The notes: generated by a model not told the origin, from the sequence alone. Shown: positions 13,825-27,486, numbered from the stretch's first letter. The stretch: DNA of 64,000 nt from Eledone cirrhosa (GCA_964016885.1 OZ024741.1:143406001-143470000), one strand, 5' to 3'. Made by a program: numbers and translations.

Positions 13825-14345
13825 AAAATTTTTGCTCTGACATAGCTGTATACATATAAGCATGTGAATTTCATATATCTAACGATATACAGTATGTTTA
13901 CGAATAAACATTTGGAAAGCCTTCTAGCTATGAATATCGAAAAGCTGACGGCTAGCCCCATCTAACAGATTCTAATGGAAGTAGCAGAGGACAACTGCTA
14001 ATGTATTTCAGGCTCTGGTGGTCATCAGGACAGTGCTTCCCCTGCTCTCTGCTGGAATTTGAAATAGGCAAAAATATATAGTTTTTTCGCCCATGTAGAT
14101 GGGCTGATTAGCCTCATTTGCATATGGAGCTGTACAAGCTGGCTCAGCTTGAAAGTAGAATTAATGTTTTCACTCTGACATAGCTGTATACATATAAGTA
14201 TGTGAATTTCGTATATCTAATGATATGTGGTATGTTTATGAATAAACATGTGGAAAGCGTTCTAGCTATGAATATTGAAAAGCTGATGGCTAGCAGATTC
14301 CAGCAGAAGTAGCCGAAGACAACTGTCAATGCATTTATGGCTCTG
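13825..14345. repeat. Direct duplication of a ~180-bp segment (13830-14010 and 14168-14345)
   Basis: CTCTGACATAGCTGTATACATATAAG...GAATAAACAT.TGGAAAGC.TTCTAGCTATGAATAT.GAAAAGCTGA.GGCTAGC occurs twice. Confidence 0.8.
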
Positions 14346-15810
14346 GCCGTTAGAAAACCTCATTGTGTTTTTATTGCATTTCAAATCTTTCATGTTTCAT
14401 CGATGTAATAATAGATTTGACTCCCATAACAATCTGCTCTTCAGATGTGTTGATTCAAATTAAAACTTATCTACCTCTCTCCCTTCTCCCTCTCTCTCTT
14501 TCGTCCCCCCCCCTCTCTCTCGTTCTCCCCCCTGTCTCTCTTTATATATATATATTGCTTATATTTGTAAGTGCTGGGTTTTTGGTCATGTATCTGTCTG
14601 TGTTTTTTTAATCACTTCCAGGGCACTTATTATTATAGGGATTGCTTCTGCTTGCATGATCCACATTTGGGTTATTTCTATCTGCAAATCTTTATATTTG
14701 GATAATTTTCCCTATTGAATTGGGAGAATTATAGCTGTAATTCTTGCTGTAGTCGATGAAACCAGTAGTTGAAGTTGTTTGTTGAGGTTAATGTGAGGTT
14801 AATTTTCCACAATAACATTGATATGAAGTTTACAAATAAACAAAGCTACAAAAAGAGTAATTTTACACATTTTGTTTTGAGGCATGATTTACAATGAAAT
14901 CATGTGGTGCATAAAAAAACAATGAGAACAAATTTTGAAGGAACGTAAAGTATGCTTTTGATAATGCAGTAAGGAGGTGTGAGGTTAAATCATTGTTAAT
15001 TGTGTGAGATATGAATTGAAATTGTAAATGAACCTTTATTGAGTTCCATATAGCTGTCCTTTGCCAGCAAGCTGGAAAAGGCCAGGAGTGAGTGTCTCTG
15101 TGTGAGTGAGTGTGTTTGGCTGCTTGTGTATGCAAGCCTATGAGTGTAAGTTAGCTCCAGACTTTGACTTTCTCTAAGGTCTGTCATATGACCAGGTCAA
15201 TGACAAAAACAAAGGCAAAACCCTTATCCATTATTTAACTTGTGAAGGTCAATATGTTGAATGGGTCATAACCTTTGAAAACAATGAAAAATACTCTCAA
15301 GTGGTGTTGAATTTCACTACAAGAGGGTATAGCATGAAACCAACTTACTCTGAGGAACAGAGCTATAATCAAAAGTGTACCAGATGTGACCATCATATCT
15401 TTTTTTTAGTATAGAGGTGATTAGGCAGAGTTGTTAGAACATAAAATAGATTGCTTTGCAGTATTTGTTTTGACTCTCTACATTCTGAGTTCAAATCACC
15501 ACAATTTCAACATTCAAGGTTAATAAAAAAAAGTACCAGTCCAATGCTGAGGCTGGTTCTTCCTCTATACTTCTTTCTCACTTTCTATCTATCATTCTCT
15601 CTCTTCTTTTGTGTAAGAAATCGGCTGTTCAGATCTGAAGAAGGAATGGTTCTGCCAGGCTTAAAGTGCTGTATATCAAGTGAGTGCTCCTACGATTGCA
15701 TCAAGAATTACAAGTTCATCTATATACTACTGAAACTCTGTGATTGTGTGCTTGTCTGGTGTTTGTTTATTTTGAATCTCTCTCTTTCTCTCTCTCTATA
15801 TATATATATC

Positions 15811-16343
15811 CATCATCATCATCATCATCGTTTAACGTCCATCTTCCACGCTAGCATGGGTTTATATGGGAATTGTCCCACTTGAGGCAAGATTGGTCAT
15901 CTTTCTCATATCGGACTGTCTGGCAGGTTTTCTATGGCTGGATGCCCTTCCTAACACCAACCACGTTTACAGTGTGGACTGGGAGGTTTTTACCATGTTA
16001 CCTACACCGCCACATTACAGCGTGGACTGTGTGTGTTTTGTTGTGACACATACACGACCTCATTTATTTAGGACTGGATGCTGTCGTACCAACATAACTT
16101 TACAGGGAAAGGGTAGTGTTGGTGGGGGTGGGGGAGTTGGGGTAGTGGGATGGGGGTGTATATTTGATTAAGAGGTGCCTACTGACTATAGGTTTCGCTT
16201 TGCACTTAGGCAAGGCGGGTTTTCTGTATTACTGCGTAGCGCCAAAGATCTTGGTCCAGTGACATTGTCTTAGAGAGGTGTAAGTGTATAAGGTCGGAAT
16301 TTATCAAATTGTCCCAGGTTTTTCTGGGTCTGCCTACTCCAAT
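15811..16343 (-). mobile_element. Older 3' fragment of the main RTE family, with (GAT)n tail
   Basis: [44 protein letters not shown] plus the shared 3' UTR. Short TA tracts on both sides. Confidence 0.85.
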
Positions 16344-16562
16344 ATATATATATATGGGATAACAAGTTACCGTTTTAGGTAATCCAGTTAGATGTTGTGA
16401 GTACTCTGTACTATGGATAGTTTTAACGTACGGCGTTGTTTGACTCAACAAGAAGTTTCCTTAGTTAGGTAGCGAGTTTGTGAGAATTCCGATGCAGGTT
16501 ATTCTTGGAGTAATAATAGTGAAGAATAACATGGTTCGGCTGTACAAAAAGGGTTTTATTTA

Positions 16563-16677
16563 CAGTATTAACAATTGTTTCATTGATCAGGTAAGTCTAA
16601 AGGCCGCTAATCACTCTAAGTTGCGTCACTTTACCTTAAATACAGTGTGTGTCTCTGATCAAATCATCGGAATACTG
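16563..16677 (-). ncRNA. Hammerhead-ribozyme-like motif (type I, long stem II, core U4>C) in a probable Penelope-like pLTR remnant
   Basis: Minus strand: CAGTATT-CCGATGA-TTTGATCAG...CTGATCAAT-GAAA-CAATTG-TT-AATACTG, followed by AATAAA. 7-bp stem I and palindromic stem III. Confidence 0.5.
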
Positions 16678-17215
16678 GAGGGTGTAAGACATGGAATTGG
16701 TATTTATAGATACATCGGAGAATCAAGTGAATGAAAACAATAACGTCAATAATAAAAGATAATAATAAAGAAGTGAAAATGAAAATGATAAAGATGTAAA
16801 AAATAAGTACAAGATATGGTTGCTGATAATAGTAGTAGTGGTGGTGGTAGTTGAGGTTATAATGGTGAGTAAGTGGATGTGTAATATAGTGATGATGGTA
16901 AAGATAACAATAGAAATACGAAATACATGATATGTAGTATAAATGCAAAAGGTACAATCAAATCTCAGAGGATTAAAGTAAAAAATAAAAAATAAAAAAT
17001 AAGTAAAAGAGGAAGAGATAAAGGATAGGAGACAGAGAATGAGGATAAGGATTCGAGGATGAAACATAAGGGGTAGGACTAAGGATGGGGAAGGAGTAGA
17101 TAGATAGATAGATAGAGAATAAAAAGTGAAAGTTGGCAGTGACGATATATGGGGGATTAAGGTCTGGCAGACTGATTGTTTTATCTGCCAACCATGTTAT
17201 TCCTAACTCTTTCAC

Positions 17216-17256
<41 letters not shown>

Positions 17257-18159
17257 CCTTCCACTTTCATTTTACATTATATACATGTATGTGTATATTT
17301 TAATTATTTAAAAATTATTTTTAAGTGGACTTGATTTTAAAAAAAATACTTTTAAGTGAACGTGATCCAACGGGTCTTGAGTGGTCTAGTATACTACTTA
17401 AACTCTGTGATTGTGTGCTTGTCTGTAATTTAATACAGCTAAAACGGCACATAATGGGAAAATACCTTGAAAGGAAGTTGCCCCTGAAATGGGAATACAA
17501 ATGGAATAAAACAAGTTTCGCGTAAATCGGGCATGGTTTCCCAAGATATAGGTTTTTTTTTTAGGTACCTTCATGAATAGCCCACAGCTCCGTGATAACC
17601 AATAACTCTTTATATATACATTATAACTCTCTCTATATGTAATATTATAACCGTATCTCTTTCTATATATTATAGCCCTCTCTATATATATATTACTAGA
17701 CTACTCGTGTCCCGTTGAGTCATGGGTGTTCTAGTACATACATACAATTAATTTATGTAAAATATAGACATTGATAACATTTTTGTTATAAAAGCTATAT
17801 TAATATGAAATATACAGAAAGAAATCAATACAGTAGTGTATTTTTGGCAAGCTTGCTATGTGGCAAAGACATTTGTTTTGCAACTATGTAGTTTGAGTTT
17901 TTATTCACTGCGAGTCCATACATACATGTTGTCCAATGTGGCCTTTTTTTTATCCTGGTGGTGTCAGAAAAGTAGAAGTGAATAAATACTAATTGCTGCA
18001 GAGAGTTAAAGGTGGTATAATATTTGGTGTCTGAACTAGTCCCGTCAGTGTTGGAAGATTTGTATCTATCGAAGTCACAGATAATAATCATTTGGTGAGA
18101 GATAATGTGAGATAGAAGCCTTTGATACAAGGTGTGAGTTAGTCAAATAGCTTATGGTG

Positions 18160-18620
18160 CTTGAAAGTGTATGAGAAACAGTATTGGCATTAGATGAACT
18201 GTAAGGAAAGAGGCAAGAGCAGTAGAGACAAGAGATAAACTGAGAGGAAACAGGAAAAGAGAGGTAGTGGGCAGCAGAAGAACTGAGATGTAAGAGGAAG
18301 AGAGCAGTAAAGAGACACCAGAGGTACTGAGAGAGAAAAAAGAGAAATAGGTAGAGAGACACCAGTTGAACTGAGAGGGGACAGGAAGAGAAAGGTGGAG
18401 AGGCTCCATATGAACTGAGAGGAACCAGGAAGAGAGTGGTAGTGAGGTGCCAGATGTTCTGAGAGGTAAGAGGAAGAGAGTGGTATAAACATCAGATGAA
18501 CTGAGAGGAAACAAGAAGCAAATGGTAAAGAGGCACCAGATTAACTGAGATGAAACAGGAAGAGAGTGTAGAGACACCAGATGAACTGAGAAGTAAGAAG
18601 AAAGCAATAGAGATCCTTTA
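18160..18620. repeat. Degenerate purine-rich ~40-bp minisatellite
   Basis: Repeated AGAGACACCAGATGAACTGAGAGGAAACAGGAAGAGAGTGGT-like units. Confidence 0.75.
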
Positions 18621-18634
18621 TATCATCAGTTGTG

Positions 18635-19070
18635 AAGGCACATGGCTTAGTGGTTAGAGCATTGGATTAACAGCCAGGAGGTCATGAGTTTGATTCTTGG
18701 TGGAGCATTGTGTCCTTGAGCAAGGCAGTTTATTTCATATTGCTCCAGTTCACTCAGCTGAATAAATGAGTTGTAATGGCACTGGTATCAAGCTATAATG
18801 GTTGTTGCCTTTCACTTAAACAACATTATATACAGTATGTATATTGTGTATATATGGTGTATATATGAATTACAAAGTCATTAGTGCCAAGCTGTATCAG
18901 CCTTTGCCTTTCCTTTGGACAACATCAGTGTTGTAGAGAAGGAAGACTGGCATGCACGGGTGACTACTGGTCTTCCACAAAAACATCTTGCCTGGGCTTG
19001 TGCTTCAGAGGGAACTTTCTCGGTGCAAATCCAATGGTCGTTCATGACCGAAGGGTGATCTTTGCCCTTT
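18635..19070 (+). mobile_element. tRNA-derived CORE-like SINE, family B
   Basis: Head GGCACATGGCTTAGTGGTTAGAGC...GAGTTTGATTC and core GTCCTTGAGCAAGGCAGTTTATTTCA..TTGCTCCAGTTCACTCAGCTG. Related copies at 21846-21965(+) and 51238-51500(+). Confidence 0.7.
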
Positions 19071-19479
19071 TATATAATTAATTAGTCAGAGGAGGAAGGG
19101 TATGCACCATGACCCTTTCAGGGTCTCTGAGGCAGGTGGGAGAGTGGAAGGAATTTATCATCAAACCAAGGATATGGCTCGAATGTTCAAAACAGAATGT
19201 ACTTTGTTAAAGATACCTAAGAGACAGGTAGAGGTGTTAAACTGAGTTTCAGATTGAAGAACTGGTTTCCATACAGTTTCTGTTTATCAAAATTTCACTC
19301 TCAAGGCATTGATTGAGTGGAGAATGTTGTAGAAGAGTAAGTTATAACCTGAAACCATCTGGCTACAAAAACATGCTTACAGTCATATACATGACTAGGT
19401 CTATCTATATTGCTTTGTATATTTAAAATAACATAAAACATATATTGTTCAGTGTATGTGTCATCATAATCATCTTGGC

Positions 19480-20040
19480 ATGCTGGTTGCCTGGATCACT
19501 ATGACTCTCCTTCTCCATCCAACTCAGTCATCCATTGCTCAAGGCAGATCCTCCCGATTTCACACAGCATCCTCACATGTTTTATGTAGGTTCTGTGAGG
19601 TCTGCCCATGCTTTGGTGTCCATAACAACAAATTGCTGACAATTTCTTCCTTTGCTCTCTAATAGTGTCTTGTGAATCTGGTTCACCTCTCTTGGATATG
19701 TAATGAGAGATTGCAGGTAGAAGGCCATAAAGTTGCTTTTCTGTAGGGAGCTGCTTCCAAGATATATTAAAACCATTCTAAGCATTCTTGTGAATGTTAC
19801 CTCAAGTTTCTTCTTGAGTCATTTGATGAGTGTCCACATTGTGTCCGCCTGTACAGAAGGACCGACTCCACTGTCACTTAGAAGAATTTATTTTTCATTT
19901 GCTTGGAGAGCTTCAATTTCCAAATTGTAGTCACCTTATTTAAGGAATCCCAAGCATGTTTATATTGCTTTCAGTGAGACCTTGTTTTGAGATCTTGCTT
20001 CCAAGGCAAGTGAACTGGCCAACTTCCTTCAGTGGTTTGC
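19480..20040 (-). pseudogene. Old 3' fragment of a second RTE family
   Basis: MLRMVL..., KEEIVSNLLLWTPKHG on minus; same C-terminal type as [15 protein letters not shown] at 41111-41260. Confidence 0.6.
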
Positions 20041-20428
20041 CAGCTAGTGAATTTATACTGCCATCCTGGTTGTAACACATTTATTTTGTATATGTGTAAG
20101 TATATTTAATACTTATAATATATTTAGCTGTTGTTTCTTTGTTGTTTAGCTCTTTGATCCAGCAGATTTAAAATGAAAGGTGTTTCAGCTTTGACCATCC
20201 GTGTGATTTGAGGAAGATTTGGTAGCTGTTTTTAGGCAAACTAAGTGAATACCTAGAGGATATTTCACAGGATGGAAAATATTTAGTTTTTTTAATTGAT
20301 ATGTCCCTCAATGTCAGACCTATGGCATGTATATAGTCAAACAGCTAGTACAATATAGATCTAGTGTTCGACATATAACAGGGATCTAGTACTCCTTGTA
20401 TAACAGGTATCTAGTGTTTTATATATAA

Positions 20429-20847
20429 CAGGGGTCTCAAACACATCGCCTCTGGTAGAACAGTTTTAGTGACTAATATTTTCCTAAAACTTGGTAATTT
20501 TCCCTGTTTTAATATTTATTGCAATTTACTCATGAAATACAATAAGATAGAGAAAGAAAATGAATTTATCAAAAGTGAAAATGGAGAAAAAAGGAATTTA
20601 TTAAAAGTAAAAACAGAGTTAAAGAAGATTTGAAATGGAAAATTTGTCCCCCTACATTTTGTACTAATTTATATATCCCACTTAGTATCATATATGATAA
20701 AAAATAAAATGAATAGCAGCTGATCAGCTGTATTCCAGATTAGCATCACAACTGGAGATCAGCTCCCCCCTCATCTCACTTTTGCACTGCTGTGCCTCTC
20801 CCTCAGGATGAAATAGTCCTTTTCAGCCCTTGAGTTTGAGGCCCATG
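20429..20847. mobile_element. hAT (Charlie-like) MITE
   Basis: TIR-like ends CAGGGGTCTCAAAAC ... GAGTTTGAGGCCCATG. Homologous to the split copy at 6240-7525. Confidence 0.7.
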
Positions 20848-21344
20848 TCTTATAGGGTACACAGGGCCAGATTAACCCCTTTTGGGGCTCTAAACACTTA
20901 AAAGATTATGGTGCCACTCATATAAAAAACCAATAAAAAATTGTTTTGGAATGACAAATAAATTCTGAAGAGTCTTTGAAGTAAGGTGTGTAGCTTGAAG
21001 ATCAGGGAGTCATTCCAGGTAGATCCACTACTTCCCCAAATTGACAAAACACAGCTCTGGTACTACGGACATATGGTTAGAATGTCTTAGGAAAGAATCA
21101 CTGGGCAGATTTTACAGGCAAAGTCAACTGGTGGGAGATGAAGAAAAAGCCATGAGCAAGATGGTTGGATAACATCCATGTACTCGGTTGGTCTTGCTTG
21201 GGGTTTCAACCAGATCAAATGGAGACGGTTGCTTCTGGTAGGACTCTCTGGATTATCTGAGATTTCAGCCCAACAACCTTCCCAGGAATAAATGGGTGAA
21301 GAAGGCTATTATTACAGAGGGCCTTTGATAGAGTTCACCAGCAG

Positions 21345-21841
21345 ATTATTCCAGGGTACAAGTCGAACCAGCACATAAGTTGACCCCTAAAATTCTGAGG
21401 TGCAATTCAGCTTTAAGCCTATATTTGTTAGATAAGACAACCACCCCAAAATAAGGCAGTACCATCTCCCCAACCTTAGATGCACTTCCCATTTTTTATT
21501 TGTGCAAAATACAAAATATGGAAATAAATACTGAGTAAACCAGCCTAGCCTAACCTTAATGCAACTATGGTAACCTAGCCTATGAGCTACGGCAAGCCAT
21601 TGATATCATTATAATCTCTACATTAAATAGACTTAACAAATATGAGATCCAGTAGGAAATAATTGTTGTGGGCTACTAGAGTTATGGTAAATGGTGTACA
21701 ATGAGTGCTAAGGAGGCAGTTTCACTGTTTACCCCTCAGTGGTAAAGGTTCACATTTTATATTCGGCGGACAATTCGACTCTTGGTTTTGGAAAGATTTT
21801 TTAGGCTGCAAATGTCGACTTGTATGCCGGCATATATGGTA
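21345..21841. mobile_element. Tc1/mariner (pogo/Tc2-like) MITE, degenerate
   Basis: Right end GTCGACTTGTATGCCGGCATATATGG+TA. Left end TTCCAGGGTACAAGTCGA is a degenerate inverted match. Confidence 0.45.
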
Positions 21842-22594
21842 TATTGGAGGCGTGTGGCTGAGTGGTTAGAAAATTGGATTCGCAATCGTAAGGTTGTGAG
21901 TTCGATTCCTGGACCAGGTGATGCGTTATGTCCTTGAGCAAGACACTTTATTTCACGTTGCTCCTTCTACCTGGAGTTGCGACCGATAGATAGTATTAGC
22001 AATTGGAAAGACCAACGGAAACATTGTTCCCTCGGTCCGATTTGACGAAAGTCGATCGTCTCAAAAATATATATATTATGGCTGCAACTCGATTTCAAAT
22101 AATGCCATCGCTTGATACTTAAATATGAGCATCACCGACATAGCTTTTTAGTCGCGCTAGGGACTCACCTATGGCCAGCAATGCCATGCATCGTAAACAA
22201 TGTCACATATCAAGCGATTTCTGTGCTTGAAGCTTTTTTTAAGTGAGGAAAGGCTTTGCATGAAGCCAATCCCACTCTGAACATCGAATGCATTTACCTA
22301 AAAAGAACTGGTCTACATCATTGGATGCAAACAAAGTCGCAGAACGACCTTCTCCTTGAGAGATGACTTAATGTAGACGAGGAGTCTCTCGCTCCACAAG
22401 AAAAAATGTTTAGATGGCTGTTGACTCTGAGTTCCTCTGCCCTTTGACGAGTCTTGTTTTTCATCCTGCAGGGTGTCCAAGTTCACGCTCCTCACCAAAC
22501 AAGCTTGGTCGGGTTGCTACTGTAGTCGCCAACGACCTGACCATGCACAGGTTGTACTAGGTTACATATTACCAGTAGCACTGAAGAGCTACCT

Positions 22595-22668
<74 letters not shown>

Positions 22669-22671
<3 letters not shown>

Positions 22672-22830
22672 GTAAAATTCCATTATAACAAATTTTTCAG
22701 TATAACAAAATTTTTTTCAATCCCCAACCACATGATTGATGTGTTTCGGTCGATCTCGTTATAAAATATTTTTCGTTAAAACAAATTTTTTTTCATATCC
22801 CGTGAATTTGATTATAACGGAATTTCACTG
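22669..22830. mobile_element. Tigger/pogo-like MITE with TA flanks
   Basis: TIRs CAGGTAAAATTCCATTATAAC / ATTATAACGGAATTTCACTG, TA on both sides. Inverted sibling at 23396-23551. Confidence 0.75.
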
Positions 22831-23395
22831 TATATAACCAAATAAAGAGATATATGTATATACAGAGAGAGAAAGAGCCATATATCGCACAAGAAACATG
22901 GTATATTGTATATATACCAAATACATATTCAATAGAAGAATACGTACACAGGTGGAATCATAAATGAAACCTTATAGCGCTATTTCATACCTGGAGAGTA
23001 TGGCTAAAAATCGATCTATCTAATCGATCATGAAAAGAAATATATATATATATATATATACATACCCACACAAGTCACTAAAGGGTTGAGGCGAAAACAC
23101 CTGAGCAGAGTACTGTTGACAGAATATAATAAGTGAGAAAAAACTTCAATCAACTGAGACTATCCTTGCAATTATAAGATCAAAACTCCCTTTAATCAAT
23201 GTTGTGGGAGTGGATCTTAACTGTAAGTTAACTTAATGAAAGCAACAGGCATATTTTGAACATATTAGAGGAAAAGTGAAAGGATTTATATTCAGATTAG
23301 GTGTGTCAACACAATTTGGAGGTAAAACTACATGAGGAGAGCGCTCTGTATGTGAAGTGTATGTTTGTATGCATGTGTTTATGTGTATATATATA

Positions 23396-23551
23396 CAGTG
23401 AAATTCTGTTATAACAAAATCCACGGGGTATACAAATATTTGTAGTAACGAAAAATTCTTTATAACGAGATCAACCGAAACACATCAAGCGCATGGTCGG
23501 GGATGGAAAAAATTTGTTATAATGGTATTCGTTATAACAGAATTTTACCTG
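23396..23551. mobile_element. Tigger/pogo-like MITE, inverted sibling of 22669-22830
   Basis: CAGTGAAATTCTGTTATAAC ... GTTATAACAGAATTTTACCTG with TA flanks. Confidence 0.75.
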
Positions 23552-23799
23552 TATATATACTCACATATATATAAATATATATATGTGTATGTATGGATGA
23601 ATTTTTACTAGCAGGGAAAACAAGCTTTAAATGCTGCTGTTGATAAATATATATATCAGAATGATATATATCAGAATGGAGGCGGTAAAAACCAGTTAGA
23701 CCATTACTCACCAGAGTACTCGATACTTGGGGTAGTAGAGTGGGGTCCCAAATTTTTCATATATATATACATACAGGGAGAGAGAGAGTAATTCCACAG

Positions 23800-25165
23800 C
23801 TGATTAAAGACTGAGGTAAAAAAGTTATCGCACAACTGATTAAGGACTGAGTTAACCTTGATGAAATGCAGTTTGGATTTGGGTCAGGTAAAAGTACCAC
23901 GGATGCTATCTTTCTCGTGAGACAACTGCAAGAGAAGTACCTAGCTAAAAGTGAACATCTCTCGTTGAACATCTCCCGTTCCATTATCTGGTGGGCCCTT
24001 AGAAAACTAGGAGTGATGTGTGGCTTGTGAAGGCTATACAAGCCATATATAGAGGAACAGTCGGCAAGGTTAGAATTAACAATGACTATAGTGAAGAATT
24101 TAGCATGCAGATAGGTGTCTATCAGGGCTCCGTCTTTAGCTTCCTCCTGTTTATTATTGCCCTACAGGCTATAACAAGAATTTAAGACTGGCTGCCCATG
24201 AGAATTTCTGCATGCAGATGACCTAACCCTCATAACTGAATCTATGACAGAATTAGAGAAAACATTCCAAACCTGGAAGCATGGCCTAGAATCAAAAGGT
24301 CTTAAAGTTAACTTGTCAAAGACTAAAATCCTAGTATGTAGAAAATAAAATAGGGCCCAGATACCCTCAGGTAAATGGTTTTGCTCAGTGTGCAGGAAAG
24401 GAGTAGGTAGGAATTCCATCCTAGTCCCAAATGCAAGCTTTGGATACATAAAAGATGTAGTGGGATCACAGGCAGGCTATCAAAGAATGTAGATTTTATA
24501 TGTGGCTGATGCACAGGTGCAGTAAATAGTAAGTGCCTACAAGATACTAGTTCCTTCAAATGCCCAGATGGCTCTGTAGAAAGAGTCGACAGTTTCCATT
24601 ACCTGGGTGACCAAATTAGCAGTGGAGGAGGGTGTTCCGAAAGTACAATAGCCAGAGTAAGACCATAATGGAGAATGTTCAGGGAACTACTATCTCTGCT
24701 AGCTACAAAAGGTTTTTCCCTTAAAATGAAGGGCAGATTGTACGATGCATGTAAGTGAACAACAATGATGCATTGGACATTGTGTGCAGAAGACCTGTGA
24801 AGATTGGAAAGTAATGAAGCCTGTATGCTCTGATGAATGTATAATAGTAATATATATGAATTGCAAAGCGTAAATGAACTGTGATAGAAAATGGGTATAA
24901 GAGAGATCGGATGCAGTATACAAGAGAGGAGATTGCGTTAGTATGACCATGTGATGCATATGAAGGATGACCACTGTATGAAAAAGTGCAGGGCAATCAA
25001 AGTTGATGGAAGATTAGGAAGAGCATCCAGCCTTAGAAACCAAGCCAGAAACATTTCTGTGTGAGCAAGACACAGTCACCTGATCTGACTTGTTTCAAAC
25101 TGGACAACATGGCTAAACCATGCTAGCATGGAAAATAGACGTTAAACGATGATGATGGTGATGAT
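23800..25165 (+). pseudogene. Decayed RTE LINE, RT to 3' end with (GAT)n tail
   Basis: [41 protein letters not shown], Cys-rich region, tail GACGTTAAACGATGATGATG. Many stops. Confidence 0.85.
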
Positions 25166-25214
25166 ATCCAGGCGCATATATATAGAGAGCAAGAGAGAAA
25201 TGTATGTTGGAGCG

Positions 25215-27120
25215 GTTCTCTAGAGAGGAGGAAAATGACTTGATGGTGGAACAGTAGAGTTGATGTGACAATTAAGGCCAAAAGATAAGCATATCCAGAA
25301 TGGCAGCAGTAGAGAACACTACCAAGATGCTAGGAGAGAAGCTAGCCAACAAGTGTACTTTGCAAGAAGGGAAGTAGAAAATAAAAAATCAAGCATGATC
25401 TACAATGTGAGGACCAAAGGCATGAGGTGTTGAGGATTGTAAGGCAGTGTGTCAGGGAAAATTGTGATGTTGATAGCAAGAAGCAACGTTTATGATGATA
25501 ACAGGGTACTCGCCCTCACTGATGCTGAAAAGAAGGTAGCATGGAAGTGACACTGTGAAAGACTATTGAATGAGGAAAATACATGGGAAGAAGATAGTTT
25601 GCCACAAATTGACCCAACAGAGCCACCAACTATACAAGTTAACAGTAGTTTAATAAGTAAAGCAATTGAGGATATGAAAACAGGCAAATCATCTGGACCT
25701 TCAAGGATAGTTGCTAGGATGCTGAAAGCATCAGTATTGGTGGGTAATGCCATAGCCACCCATATTGTAAACTAAGTAATACAAAATGGTGTCATATTCA
25801 ATGACTGACATAGTAGCACCATTGTCGACTGCGACAAGGGCAAAGGAGATGAATTAGACAGAGAAATCTACAGAGGCATCAAGTTTGTTGACCAGGTCAT
25901 GAAAATCACAGGAAGAGTTATCGCATAGATGGTCACAGAAAGAGTTAGGGACGAAGTTAACCTAGATGAGATGCAGTTTAGATTTGTGCAAGGTAAAAGT
26001 AGCACTGAGGCAACTACAGAAGTACTTAGCTAAAAGTAAACCCCTCTACTTGACATTTGTTGAGCTGGAGAAAGTTTTTGACAGAGTCCTCCATTCTACT
26101 ATCTGGTGGGTTCTTTGAAAACTAGTAGATGAGTGGCTAGAGGAACAGTCAGCAAGTTAGGATTAACAATAACTATAGTGAAGAATTGAACGTGCAGGTG
26201 TGTTTTCATCAGGGTTCCATTCTTATCCCTTTCCTGTTTATTATCACCCTGTAGGCTACAGAAGAAATGTTTAATACTGGCTGTCCATGGAAACTTCTAT
26301 ATACAAATAATATAACCCTTATAACTGAATCTATGGCAGAATTAGAGAAGAAATTCCAAACCTGGAATCAAAAGGTCTTAAAGTTACCTTGTCAAAGACT
26401 AAAATCCTAGTATGTAGAAAGGAAAACAGGGCTCACATCCCCAGGGAAATGGCCTTGTTCAGTGTGCAAGAAAGGAGTAGGTAGATATTCCATCCTATGT
26501 CCCAGATGAAAACTATTGGTACACAAAAGATGTAGTGGGATCTCAAACAGGTTAGCAAAGAACGTAGCTTTTATATGTGGCTGATGCACAGGAGCAGTAA
26601 GTAACAAGAGCTCACAAGATACTAGCTCCTTCAAATGCTCAGAGGGCTCTGTAGTAGTTGATAGTTTCTGTTACCTGGGTGACTGAATTTGCAGTGGGGG
26701 TAGGTGTTTCAAAAGTATAGTAGCCAGAGTGAGAATTGAAGGGAGCTATTACTGCTGCTAACTATGAAAGGTTTTACCCTCAAAATGAAGAGCAGATTGT
26801 ATCATGCATGTATATGAACAACAATGTTGCATGTTGGAGAGACTTGGCTGCTGTGTGCAGAGGACCTAACACACCACCCTTCACCTACGCCCTTACCCCC
26901 TCCCCAGTTTACACTGTAAAGTGGTCGTCTTTGTGTCACAACAGAAAGCGCCAGATCCACACTGTAAAGTGGTCATGTTGGTGACGCGACCAAAAACGCC
27001 CAATCCATACTGTAGATATGGTTGGGGTTAGGAAGGGCATCCAGCCGTAGAAACCAAACCAGAAACAGTTCCGTATGAGCAAGACACGGTCACTTGACCT
27101 GACTTGTCTCAAATGCACCT
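25215..27120 (+). pseudogene. Decayed RTE LINE (linker, RT, zinc finger, 3' UTR remnant)
   Basis: NEENTWEEDSLPQIDPTEPP..AIEDMKTGKSSGPSRIVARMLKAS is colinear with the intact copy. Frameshifted. Confidence 0.85.
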
Positions 27121-27140
27121 GAGTACTGTACACAATAATT

Positions 27141-27172
<32 letters not shown>

Positions 27173-27199
27173 TCATTATTATTATTATCATAATTACAC

Positions 27200-27486
27200 A
27201 CCGGCACATGTCTATGACTCGTCTGTATCAAGCTGGTATTTTTTTCAAAGGCCAATTACCAAAGGTGATCACCGCAGAGGATTCGGCGCGCTATTTTCAC
27301 TCTGACGTAGGAGAAGCTGGTCAATTAGAGTAGCCTCCCTTGTGTTGACTGTTGATCAACACTGATCGAAGTTGGAGGATAACAAAACAATAAACTAACA
27401 AACAAACAAACAAACAAACAAATAATTTTTTAAGACCTAAAGCTGTAAAATCCTTAACTTTCTACGGTATTAGCGAATAGATCAGG
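27200..27486 (+). promoter_or_regulatory. Candidate promoter and non-coding first exon
   Basis: Apparently non-repetitive, CpG-containing stretch with GGCCAAT and TGACGT motifs, ending in the strong donor CAGG|GTAAGT at 27486/27487. Inference only. Confidence 0.35.

Noticed and set aside
21846-21920. tRNA gene (also at 18635, 37660, 51238)
   Set aside because: A/B boxes run directly into SINE core sequence and the cloverleaf is degenerate.
21990-22380. Possible RTE-BovB-like 3' remnant
   Set aside because: Only faint motif resemblance with many stops; not supportable without alignment.
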